This document shows, one piece after another, positions 1-11,510 of a stretch of 57,415 nt of DNA (position 1 is its first letter; every line of letters starts with the position of its first letter). The position numbers were made by a program, and so were the translations under genes. The stretch comes from Girardia tigrina (taxonomy: Eukaryota), in contig MQRK01240728.1 in assembly GCA_001938485.1 (NCBI GenBank), positions 25,036-82,450 of the forward strand, written 5' to 3'. The notes below the pieces were generated by a model. It had not been told where the DNA came from. It did no database searches and saw only the letters and a list, made by a program, of their open reading frames with translations.

Positions 1-275
1 TCGAAAAACAATCTACAGACCTATTTTTGAAGGCTTTAGTCAGAAACAAGACAGACGGTGGTTACAACGGACCATACAAAATAATAGATATGACCAAACA
101 TTCTTTCATTCTAGATGTAGTGGGCACACCAACTCAAATTAATGGGAAAAGAATACAATTCATCTCTGACATAGAAATAAATAATTGGCATCTGTGTCAA
201 CTAGATGAAAGAATTCGAAAAAGAATAATTCCTAATAAGGTTTCTCGACAGTAACGTTCCACTTATAATAGGGGG
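1..275 (+). mobile_element. 3' internal end of a gypsy-derived LTR element (integrase C-terminal GPY/F-like ORF plus polypurine tract)
   Basis: ORF 27-254 (KALVRNK..YNGPYKII..KHSFIL...PTQIN) closely parallels the C-terminus of ORF 26178-26936. It is followed by AGGGGG, a 5-N gap and a TGTAG LTR-like start at 281. Confidence 0.65.
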
Positions 276-589
276 NNNNNTGTAGTGCCCTACTTATTAT
301 TAAAAAATTATTAACATTAAAGTTAAGAATATTGAAATTGATTAAATAATGGATTGATATATTTCGTTAAATAAATTGTTTGATAATGGACTTACTATTT
401 CCGTAGATTGAGGACACCTTCTGTCCTCAACAGTATGTATGAATGTGTTTGTGATTGTATGTTTGATGATGTGTTTGAAAATATTCCTCTGGAAAATATG
501 TGTAGATTAGATAATGAACCAGAAGAAGACAATGAAATATTTGCTACTATGGATATAGAAAATCGTCAATCACTGGATCACAAGTTTTG

Positions 590-800
590 GAATCCCGAAA
601 AGGATCATAACCGACCAAGAAGGTCAATTCGGGCCGGACCTTTTCACTCGTCTAATGAAACGGTTGGGCATTCAGAAGATCAGAATAACCGCGTTCCATC
701 CACAAGCCAACGGGCTGGTCGAGCGTCTAACTCAAAAACTCACTAACAGCGATGTCCAGAAGCAAAGAGTGGTACCAACATCCTTACTTACATCCCTTAC
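590..800 (+). mobile_element. Degenerate gypsy integrase core fragment
   Basis: TDQEGQF-like segment and LGIQKIRITAFHPQANGLVER match the rve integrase motif; frameshifted. Confidence 0.75.
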
Positions 801-1594
801 ATCATTCTTGCAAAGCGAAACATCCCCAACATTGGATATCATCCGAGGAAAAAATATTGATAGATACTGTTAAAGACACTTTATTGTCGAAACCAAAATC
901 CCATACTGCATTTGCAATAAATTAGAACATAAAAGTTATGAATGTAGAAGAAAGAAGAAGATAATATGTTATGACTGTAGGAAAGAATATCATATTCGAC
1001 AAGCATACAAAAACATCATATGTAGAAGATGTCAAAGGCCAGGTCATTAAACATAAGAATGCTATATGAACCTGAATAATCGATATCAAGTACAGCCCTA
1101 TAAAAGAGGACGTGATGATGACGCTCAAAGAAGGAATCAGACAAACAATATAAAGCATGCACATTCAATAAGGAGAAACAAAATTAGCTAGAATTCGAAT
1201 GACTATCGAAAAAAATAGGAAGAGACTGTCAGATGACGTTGATGGAGCAGGAAGATCAGGAACTACGAGAAATAAAAGGAACAATGTGAAGAGGATGAGG
1301 AACGTTTTAAAAGGCAATTTAAAAATTTTAGATTGAAAAACTTTTTCAAGCGTAATTTATAATGACAAACGTTTTTTATAATATATTTTGGAAAATTCCG
1401 AATGTAAACGTAAAGATATTGTAAAACTTAAAAATTTATAATTTGATAAGTTCGTTCGTATTTATATCACATTTTATTTATGTTTAATGGTTTTGTGGGA
1501 TAAAAAAGATGGTCCTCGAAAATTTGTTTCGAAAAACATATTTTGTATTGATAAATCGTATTATATGATAAATTTCGGGTTGAATTAAAATCTA

Positions 1595-1873
1595 TTGGGT
1601 TGAGGAATAAGATCCCGCCGTTTTTTTTAAATTAAAATTTTATTTTTAAACAAAAAGTTACTACAAATTAATCACAAATAAAATCTCCGCCATTGTTCAC
1701 GACTTCTTCCAAAAATCGACAAAAATTAATCTGAATAAAAAAACAAAATACACCATTTTTTAGAGCAAAACAATTGCTTTCAAATAACATATAACATTAC
1801 ATCAAAAAGTTTGATTTAAATATTAAATTGATTAAAAATTCAAAAAACGGCGGGAACTTATTCCTCAACCTAA
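1595..1873. mobile_element. mariner-derived MITE (~279 bp)
   Basis: ~31-bp TIRs TTGGGTTGAGGAATAAGATCCCGCCGTTTTT / AAAAACGGCGGGAACTTATTCCTCAACCTAA, with TA on both sides (1593-94, 1874-75). The internal minus-strand remnant EEVVNNGGD resembles a mariner transposase C-terminus. Confidence 0.85.
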
Positions 1874-2217
1874 TAGATATCGGGTTGAAGGACCACAGTG
1901 AACTTACCAAAGATATTCATAGAAAATTAATAAAATGTTAATAAAAACATAAACAATAATTTGGTTATATTTTCGGTAATTTTTAATTTCAGCACTCTGC
2001 TTTAAAACGTCTCCACTTATTATAGTTTTTATAATTATAATTGATTATGAAAAATTATTATTTCAAGTGGTTTAAAAATTAATTTTAATGAGCCTCTTCA
2101 AAGTTTTTCATAAATTATATTATCATTATTATATTATATTATATAGATTATATTTTCTAAATTTTATATGAAAAAATAAAATAGAAAGAAATACACGATG
2201 GAATATTTTTAGATGAA

Positions 2218-3747
2218 ATGTCAAACATGATGAAAGAGAAATTGGATAAATTATATCAGTTGATGAACGATCAGCAAATATCCACGAAGAGTGAGATCAA
2301 TGAGGACTTCAAGTGTCTCCTTTGTAGAAGCCTTCTAAAAGACCCTTGTCAATCCGAGTGTGGATGCAACTTCTGTCAGACTTGCATTGACGGATACATC
2401 TTAGTCGGAAGCACCGGTTGTCCTGGAAATACAAAAGAATGTAAATCTTGCAACATATCAAATGTTGTTAAGGATCATAAGATGAATAAACAAATATCGA
2501 AGATTGTTGTTAAATGTCCTGTGGAAATGTGTTGTTATGAGTGTGAACTAATAAACATGGATGAGCACTTACAAAAGTGTATGGAAACTAGTGTGAATTG
2601 TATATTTGAGTGTATTGGATGCGACCGGGGACAAATTTCTGGGGAAAAGATAAAAGAACATTTGCAATTCGATCATACAATTCACAGCAAGTTGTTGATA
2701 GACTCTTTTATTAATATCAAAAATGAAATCGAATTGAAACACAATGAAGTTATTAAATTAAAAGAAAGTAATGTGAAGAAGAATAACGAAATCGCATTTC
2801 TTTTACGTGAGAATTCATCGATGAAACAAAATGTAAAGGAAATTGAGCATCAAATTGTATTATTAAAGCGCAACGATTTTTCGAGGATAAATGAAATAAA
2901 GGCTCTAAACAAAGAGGCTGAAGATAACAGAAGTAGATCTCAAGTGGTTACACAAATTGAAAAGGAAAATAAAAGAATAAATTTATTACTCAACGAAATG
3001 ATGGAGCGTAAAGAAGAGGAAATCGAAATCCGTAAACAAAACGAGAAAAAAACGGAAGCGGAGATAAAATGTTTGAAAAACCAGTTGGAATGTGCAAAGG
3101 GAGAAAAAGAAAAGGAAGTGAATGATTTAAAAGAAAAAGTCAAAAATTTGCATATTGAAGTTAAAGTATTGAAACAAAATGATACTCTAAAAACTAATGA
3201 AATCAGCTTATTAAAACAAGAAAACAAAACAATCAAAGCACAACTGGAAATATTAAAACAAAGTGACAATGAAAATAGAAAAAATAATCTATCATTAAAA
3301 CAATATATTGAAACTAATACCAAAGAAATTGAGTTAGTAAAACAAAATGAAAAGAAAATATCAAAATTTTTTGAGAAATTGAATAAAAACACCAAAGATA
3401 ACAGAAGCGACTTGAAGAGCTTGTCGGAAGAGAGTTCTCGCCTGAAAGAGATCGTCGAGTCGATCCGACTAACTATTCAGGCAGGCGGTTTTCCAATTCA
3501 AAACGTAAAACTCGAATGTTTCCATCAGAAATTTGAAAACACAGAGAAACCGGAAAATGAGAGGAAAATCGGAAGTAAACAAATGGATGAACAAATGAGT
3601 GAAGGGGGTTACGAAGAAAGGAATAGGAGAATAGTTGAACAAGTTGAGCCAAATACAGTCGGACGATTTACAAGAAATGTCATTTCCAAACAAAAATCAA
3701 AAGAGATTCAAAGGAAAATTAATTCTCTATCATATTTGCATCAACAA
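2218..3747 (+). CDS. TRAF-family protein, large exon (RING finger, TRAF-type Zn finger, long coiled coil)
   Basis: CLLCRSLLKDPCQSECGCNFCQTCI...CP RING; VKCPVEMCC..MDEHLQKC and CIFECIGC..IKEHL Zn-finger segments; about 250 aa of heptad-rich K/E/N sequence. Probable phase-0 donor GT at 3748. Confidence 0.85.
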
Positions 3748-4199
3748 GTTCTTTTAATTAATGTTTATTTTAAAAAATATTTAATTAATTAAATTTTTGT
3801 AAATAATAATATTGAGACATCTTAAAAGAGTTAGAGACATTAAATTTATTTCGACGGATCACCTGTCCTCATCAGATAAATTAATTCATGAAAAACACAT
3901 TGTAATCTTCTTGCATTATTTAAATATTTGTTATTTAAATAGACAAAAGGAAACGAGATTTGAAAAAATATATTATAGACAAAATCTATCGATTTAAACA
4001 ATCGATAAAAAAAATCATTATTTTTAATTTAATAATAATTAAAAATCATTATTTTTAATTCAACAAAAATTGAATTAAAAATAATTTATTGATGAAGTAA
4101 AGTTGTCACTTTACATATGCCCCTGTGGAAGAAGAGGAGTGTCCTGGCAAGTGAACGTCGGTTTGAGACGATCAATCGATATTGTTTTGTGTTGGTCGT

Positions 4200-6610
4200 T
4201 TATATCCAGAACGAAGGTCTTCATGTCTTCAGATCGGCGCAACACTTTATAAGGTCCTTCGTATGGTGATTTGAGAGAACCGATGATGTCCCATCTTAAC
4301 CAGACTTCCGTCTACGTTGATAATGCTGATGGAACAAAGATTTTTCGTGTCAGCTGTTTCTTTACAGCCGGACTTGTAAAGCCACGAATGGCTGTTTCTA
4401 TATCTTCTTTGGAAAAAGTCGATTGATTTTCACTGTCCAAGGTAATATCTCCCGGGAGGTAAGTGGAAGAGCTGTACAATTGTTGTGCCGGTGAGGCGTT
4501 TGATCCGGTTATCGTCGAGTTCCGCAGTCCGAGCAGTACAATTGGAAGATCGTGTGCCCACGATTGCTCTGCCGTACCCGAGTAGGTTTTGAGCGCGTTC
4601 TTTAGTGANNNNNNNNNNNNNNNNNNNNNNNNNNNNNNNNNNNNNNNNNNNNNNNNNNNNNNNNNNNNNNNNNNNNNNNNNNNNNNNCACGTTTCTTTGA
4701 AATGATTTGAGAAGAATTGTCTTCCTTGGTCAGTAATAACGATTTCTGGAGGACCGAATCGGCTGATCCACGTGGAAACGAAAGCTTTCGTTACGGCAGT
4801 GGCTGTAATGTCACGGATTGGAATTACTTCGGGCCAGGACGTGTGTCTATCAATAATTGTTAAAATGAATCGCTTACCGTCGACGCTGGGAAGTGGTCCG
4901 ACTATATCCATGTGAACGACTTTAAATCTTCCTCTATCTGGTAATNNNNNNNNNNNNNNNNNNNNNNNNNNNNNNNNNNNNNNNNNNNNNNNNNNACGTG
5001 TGTCTATCAATAATTGTTAAAATGAATCGCTTACCGTCGACGCTGGGAAGTGGTCCGACTATATCCATGTGAACGACTTTAAATCTTCCTCTATCTGGTA
5101 ATGAACCCAGCTTTACTTTAGTGTGCCTGGAGATTTTGTAGGCTTGGCATCTGTGGCACTCTCTTGTCCATCGTCGTATTTCGGACTTCATCTTAGGCCA
5201 AACGTATATGGAGCGGATGAGGTCGATTGTTTTGTTGGCGCCGACATGTGCAATTCCGTGGAGTCTGCAAAATTTACGGTGGCGAAACTTGACCGGCAAA
5301 ATTATTCTTTTCTTGTGATTGGTGAGGTCGATGAACAATCCATTCTCCGTTCTGACATTAAATCTATTCCCTGAGAGTAATATAATCTTCTCTTTTTGTT
5401 GCTCGTCTATGATATCGCTCTTTGAAAGTGTTAGGATCTCCATTTCATTCTCATCATTCTCGTCCATTCTAGAAAGAAAATCGGCCACAATATTTTATGT
5501 TCCTTTGCCAAATTGGATTTGAAAGGTGAATTGGTTGAGAAACTCAATATATCTCCATTGTCTGTTCGATGGATCCTTCATTGATTGAATGTAAAGAAGT
5601 GGCTTGTGATCGGTCAATATTTTGAAACTGGATCCTTCTAAATAATGCTTGAATTTCTTGACAGCCAGGTAAATCACGAGAAGCTCTCTGTCAAACGTCG
5701 AATATCTTTTCTCTACATTGTTCAATTTCCTTGAAAAAAATGCGATCGGTGCAAGCTTGGAATTGATTTCATGGTTGAGGCTTGCTCCAACAGCGATACC
5801 AGAAGCATCAGTGCAGAGAATGAGAGATTTATTCTCGTCAAATGGCTGCATGGTGGTGATCTCTTTCAATTTCTGTTTGATTGCATTGGTAGCTTCTCGT
5901 TGGGAGGTGTTGTATACAAGTTTTTGATTTCCTTTTGATGCAGTGAGAAGAGCATGCAGAGGTGCAATAATTTGTGACAAGTTGGGAATCATCCACTGGT
6001 AGAAAGTTGCTGCACCTAGAAATCCTCTAAGAGATTTTATGTTGTTCGGTTCTGGCATGTTAATTATATTATCAATCTTTTCTATGATAGGTTTAACGCC
6101 TTCTGCGGAGATGTTAAATCCCAGGAACCGAACTGTTGGGGAGCGAAATTTACATTTATCTATATTCATCTCCATGGAGGCCTCAGCTAGTAGATTCAGT
6201 ACTGTGTACAAGTGGTTCTCGTGGTCTTCTACATTGTCTGAAAAGATAATTATATCATCAATATAGGAACACGCGAAATCTTGACATCCATGGAGCAGGG
6301 CGTCCATGTGGGGTTGAAACATTTGGGCTGCGTTTCTTAGGCCGAATGGCATCGTAGTATACTCGAATAGTCCGAACGGTGTGACAATTGCCGTCTTTGC
6401 GATATCTTTTGTGTCAATCGGAATCTGGTGGAAAGCTTTCTTTAAGTCGAGGGTGGTATAAATCGTCTTCCCAGATATTCTGTCTAGGATGTCTGAGATT
6501 CTTGGCAAAGGGTACCGGTCCGGTTTTGTGACCGAATTCAGCATTCGGTAGTCTCCACAAGGTCGAAGGTACCGTCGGTCTTTTTTACCAAAACTAACGG
6601 GGAAGCCCAA
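4200..6610 (-). pseudogene. gypsy pol (RT, RNase H, integrase) with frameshift and premature stop
   Basis: RPCGDYRMLN, YIDDII, TDASG, YSTFDRELL, TDHKPL, H..AHVG...CHRCQ, VHMDIVGPLP, ITDQGRQF, YEGPY. Frameshift near 6570; in-frame stop at 5495-5497. Confidence 0.92.
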
Positions 6611-7870
6611 GGGCTTGTGCTTCTTCTGATCGTACCTTGGAGTAATAATTGATCAAATTCTGCTCTTACCGATCTCAAAGCGTGATTTGATAATTTTCTG
6701 ACACGCTGCGCGATAGGAGGACCGGTTGTTTCGATCCGGAACGTTTGATTGCTACTGAGCGCGGTACTGACGGTGGCTTGCAGGTTGACCTTGTTGGATC
6801 CCATCATAGTGAAGCTATCTGTAAAAATTTTGTTACGGCGACAATCAACCTTAATGTCTTCATGAGCCAGGAAATCGGAACCGAGAATCGCTCGTTGAGT
6901 GTCAGCGAGGATGAAACGCCAAGAAAACAGTTTGGGTGAACCGGCCAAACGGAAACTGATCGAGTGAGTTCCAGAGGTTGAAATTTCTTGACCATTTACT
7001 GAAACAAGCTTTTGAATTGCAGAAGTGCTGTCGGCTCTGAATTGTTTTGAAGGGAGGATGCTGACATCCGCACCCGTGTCGATCAGAAATTGGATGACTT
7101 GACTGTCGGAAACCGCTGGAACGGTGAAAATCGAAGATAATTGATCTGGTGGCTTGTCGAGGGTTGGAAGTACCGGAGTGATTCCAACCCTTAGTCTTTT
7201 CCCGAAGGATTCGGGGGGGCTCCAGGTGCACGGCTTTTGACATTTCTTAGCCGCTTGTCCATACCTTCGATGATAAAAACATAAACTAGAAACCTGTTGG
7301 CCAAGATTGATTTGCTTTTTGAGTTTATTGATTTCAGCGGTCAGGAGCGCGATTTCGGTGGCGTAGGATCCGGAATTTGAAATTGTCTCACTCGAATTGA
7401 TGGCAACTGGAACTTTGATATTCAACAGATCATCAGCTAAATATGCCAATTCGGTCAGCGAGAGTGCTTTTTGGATATTCAGGAGTCTTTGGACATCGGT
7501 CGGCATTGCACGAAAAAATGCGATCCGCAAAATATTGTCATCGCTGCTTGTGGCGCCCAGGCAACGGTAGTGTCGCTGCAGGATTCTCAGATATTCTGAG
7601 GGGCGGCGGTCGCCAAGATTGTTGTTGCTGAATATTTCATCGAAATGGACTGAGACTGGAACTTTGCGACTGTTGATAATCGCATGCCGAAGATCAGAGA
7701 ACGGTGTTGCGGAATTTGATTCGAAGAATTCTTGGAACTCCGTTAATATCTGAGGAGACAGATTCGCAGTAAGATGCAAAAATTTAGTCTGTTCCGTGGA
7801 GATGTTGGAAATTCGGAATATCGCATCGATTTGCTTGAATCAGAGCTCAATATTGTCGAAGATTGGAAGA
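6538..7870 (-). pseudogene. gypsy gag plus aspartic protease
   Basis: LPIF..EL*FKQID (W to TGA), LGDRRPSEYLR, CFYHRRYGQAAKKCQKPC, FLIDTGADVSILP, ILGSDFL. Confidence 0.9.
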
Positions 7871-8523
7871 ATTTTTGGGCTTGCGTGGTTGCACTCAAGC
7901 GAACCACTTCTGACACCATTGTAATCTTCTTGCATTATTTAAATATTTGTTATTTAAATAGACAAAAGAAAACGAGATTTCAAAAATATATTATAGACAA
8001 AATCTATCGATTTAAACAATCGATAAAAAAAATCATTATTTTTAATTTAATAATAATTAAAAATCATTATTTTTAATTCAACAAAAATTGAATTAAAAAT
8101 AATTTATTGATGAAGTAAAGTTGTCACTTTACACACATGATTTATTTCTTAGGGATTCAGAAATGTTTTTAAAAATTCTTAAAATAATGTTAAATTATTC
8201 ATGCCAATGAAAATGAAGCAATTTTTTTTAAAATGTAATTATTTGATGATTGTAAAATAAATTATTTATATAAAAGCTCAGTGTTTTATCTACGTAACGA
8301 TCAAAGTTTACTGTGATCAAATCTTTTTCTTGCTTTTGCATGGCTTATTTTTTTAATTAATGCATAATAACTCCGGCTAATATGAAATTACAAGCCAAAA
8401 ATAAACAGCGTCTGCAGAACTGCTATACACACATATATAGATATAATATGAATAATATGATAGAATGATTGCAGACTTTTAAAATATTATTTAACACATG
8501 CATATAAAATATATTTATTTTAG

Positions 8524-8597
8524 AATGATTATGATTTTAAAAATAAAACAGAAACTTCCAAAGAAGAAAATTCAGCTCTTCCGTCATATATTGACGG
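8524..8597 (+). CDS. TRAF gene, tentative internal exon
   Basis: TTTTAG acceptor, open frame NDYDFKNKTETSKEENSALPSYID; phase-compatible with the 3747 donor and the 10578 acceptor. The donor (GTCTTT) is weak. Confidence 0.45.
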
Positions 8598-10577
8598 GTC
8601 TTTTTCTAGTTTTAAAATTTAACGACACTGATTTCATAAATTTTAAAATATGAATTTTAAAATTTATATGTTTTGACGATGGCTGTGTAATTTTAAATTA
8701 TAAATTTGATTAAATGTTAATTTGATTAAATTATTAGAGAATAATACTTGAGATTTTTAAATCAATAAAATTTCGCTAAATGATTAAATATTTTATAATG
8801 TTAGCGTAATTTAAAATTATTAAAATTTATTAAAGGGTAAGAAACATAAAATTAAAAAGAAAATAATAATATTAAAAATTATAATATGACTTATATTTTA
8901 TTGTTTTATAACTTAGTTTTTATTGTTAAAATATTTTTAAACTTGGTTAACATTATATAGAATTTTTTAGTTTATACATATCCTGCAATTGGTTCATATT
9001 TTATACTCTTTTATTTAAAAGTGAATAAAAATCAGGTGTCTGGGGGACTTTTCAAAATCAAAGGATTTACACAAATATTTAAACAAACTTCTTATTTTTT
9101 TGAGAAACAATTTGTTTTAAAAATCTTAAACCGGTATTTAGTAGTCAGGGTGGTGACGCATTGCGGTCGCATCTCGTCCAGTCCGTGATCGCATCCGAAT
9201 TCAGGGGACCGGTTCCACAGAACTAACTGGCGTGCACCACGGAGGCTACTAGAAACTGAGGGATTGTGTACCTTCTGTCTGTACCAAAACCTGAGAGCGT
9301 TCTTCCGATCGTCGATCGAATGGTCCTGTCGAGAACAGAAGCACGAGCGATAATTATCGTACAGGATCTTACCGAATCGAGATGGCTCTCGATAAAAATG
9401 TAACAGGCGGCCATCTTGCCAGAAGATCCAAGGAGAAGTCCGACACAATGGTGCTCGGGCCCTCGGATGTGAGGAAGACCATTCGAGCTCGCAATTAACA
9501 GTGATCAACCCAATTAACATGTTGATATCGGAAAAGAAGACGTGTATCATGTTAAGAGAACTCACACATTTGACAGAACATTTATTACATTCACAATTTT
9601 TATCATCTTTATGATGATCAACAGTAATGCTTTCACTTAGATCCATCAATCAATTTTCAATATCTCCCATTATAATCTGAACTATACTTGATAAGATTAT
9701 TTTATTTAAAAATATTTAATTTAAATTTGATTGGCTGAAATAAAATATTTTATAGTCATTTTTAAACATTAATTTGATTTTAATTATTTAAAAATTTACA
9801 AAAATAAAATCATTAAAATTATTTAAAAGTTGCAATAAACAATACTAAAAATTTGAATATTAAATCTAAATTTAAATAAATTAGTTTCAGATTATAAAAA
9901 ATTAAATATTGATAATCCATCTGATTAGGAGAGGCACAATCCCAAATCAACATACAACATTTGAACATGCAAAAACTACACAAAAACATCCACACACCAA
10001 ATATTCCTTACATATCAGACAATGACAAGATTTATTTTCAATTCAAATCAATTGAGTCGATTTTTTTATACATTCGAAATGCCTCACTTTTCAATTCACA
10101 TGTAAATATTAACCATAATTTTTAAATTTTAAACAAATTTAATTTTTTTAATTTGGAATTTAATTAATAAATGTTTTTTTACAATAATTTTATCACAGTT
10201 TAAAGAGTTTTTTCTAATTTTTGTTAATTAATATTCATTTTAGTAATTTTAAATTCAAAATCGAGATCCGAAATTAGATTAATAATTATTTTTTGACTTT
10301 TACTTTACTAATTCTATTTTCGTTTTTAATTAATTATTTCGAATAGTGAAATCGATTCTGTTTTACCTTTTTGCAATTCACTATACAGTATAAATAAAAA
10401 TACTTATAATTTATTAGGTTGGGTTAAATTTTATTTATCATTTATTTTAAACTGTTATTTTTTGTGAAGGCTAAACAAAAACCATTTTTAACAAAAAAAA
10501 CTTAAGAATTCTAGATTTAAATTGGCATAAATACATAAAATATGTTTCTCTATACAATGGCTGAAGGTTATATTTAG

Positions 10578-10697
10578 GGATGAACCAAGATTTGAAATCA
10601 GCCTATTAGATAGTGGTATTCACATACGGCGAAATTCTGAAGAATTATTCAATTCGGATTACCTGAAGCAAAGATTAAATTTACAGAATCAGTTATG
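10578..10697 (+). CDS. TRAF gene, tentative internal exon
   Basis: TATTTAG acceptor, open frame DEPRFEISLLDSGIHIRRNSEELFNSDYLKQRLNLQNQ. The 3' boundary is uncertain and its phase to the next exon is unresolved. Confidence 0.4.
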
Positions 10698-10911
10698 GTT
10701 ATGTACAAATATAAATATAATGGCCAAGTATATAACACATCCTTTTTCTGAGTTCTTTATAATTTTTTTTATACAACAAAAGTTATCCGACTATGTAGGA
10801 GTATTAAATATTTACTCTGATAATACATAATTTGAAAGATGAGTCAGAATTTTTAAAATCGAATTTTACATTATTTTAAAAACTAATCTTAGTAAATAAT
10901 ATTTTTATTAG

Positions 10912-10974
10912 TTTCAGAAAGACTTTGATGAACTGAGAAGAGCAATGAATGCGAATTTGGGAGAACTTCGACAA
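10912..10974 (+). CDS. TRAF gene, penultimate exon (coiled coil)
   Basis: AG acceptor, DFDELRRAMNANLGELRQ, then a 41-nt GTAATA...TTTTAG intron (10975-11015) in frame with the last exon. Confidence 0.7.
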
Positions 10975-11015
10975 GTAATATCTTACATGACAATTGGAAA
11001 AAATACATATTTTAG

Positions 11016-11510
11016 AAATCAAGAACAGATCTGATGACAATCAATGAGCAGATTAGAGAATCGAGAAGAGAACTGGAGGATAAAGTAATCAAACTAGAAG
11101 AATATTTGGACATGAAAGAGAAATTAACGGTATGGGATATTGGTAGAATCCTAAGGAATTATCACAATGATTGGATGAACAGCTCTTATTTTTATTTAAG
11201 AAATAATCCTTACAAAATGGGCCTAAAGTTAGAGTATAGTAAATTAGAACTAAGGGTTCAGTTAGTGATCTTTTCCAGCGCAACTACCAAAGAGGTCAAT
11301 TGGCCCTTCAAAGCAAATGTAACAATCGCCGTCAAGGACAAATTCAACTCCAATTTAGCAATTTATGCAAGACGCTTCTGTGAAATCCAGAAGCCGGAAT
11401 TGAGTTCCTTTGAATCAAGCGATTTCTTCAAATTTAAGAAAGATAAAATGTTTTTTAAAGGGTTAACAACAGAATCGTTTTGTATTATAACGTGTGGATT
11501 CGAATTCTAA
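11016..11510 (+). CDS. TRAF gene, terminal exon with MATH/TRAF-C domain
   Basis: W..I, SSYFY...PYKMGLKL and NWPFKANVTI motifs typical of TRAF MATH domains; stop at 11508-11510; AATAAA near 11556. Confidence 0.8.
   Translation, partial: KSRTDLMTINEQIRESRRELEDKVIKLEEYLDMKEKLTVWDIGRILRNYHNDWMNSSYFYLRNNPYKMGLKLEYSKLELRVQLVIFSSATTKEVNWPFKANVTIAVKDKFNSNLAIYARRFCEIQKPELSSFESSDFFKFKKDKMFFKGLTTESFCIITCGFEF

Larger units (their letters stand above)
3901..8133 (-). mobile_element. Near full-length Ty3/gypsy LTR retrotransposon, antisense in TRAF intron 1, inactivated
   Basis: LTRs 3901-4115 and 7920-8133 (TG...CA, near identical); 5-bp TSD CACAT (3896-3900, 8134-8138); PBS TGGTGTCAGAAGTGG (tRNA-Leu type) next to the 5' LTR; AGGGG PPT next to the 3' LTR; gag-PR-RT-RH-IN order. 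Confidence 0.95.

Noticed and set aside
2940-3693. Minus-strand hydrophobic ORFs
   Set aside because: Antisense shadows of the K/E-rich TRAF coiled-coil exon.
4838-5103. Duplicated integrase segment (LPDRGRFKVVHMDIVGP...) on both sides of an N gap
   Set aside because: Identical sequence flanking a gap is most simply a scaffolding overlap artefact.
6538-6610. Overlap of gag-PR and RT ORFs as a programmed ribosomal frameshift
   Set aside because: The shift falls inside the conserved RT start (KKxDG..RPCGDYR), so it is a disabling indel or sequencing error.
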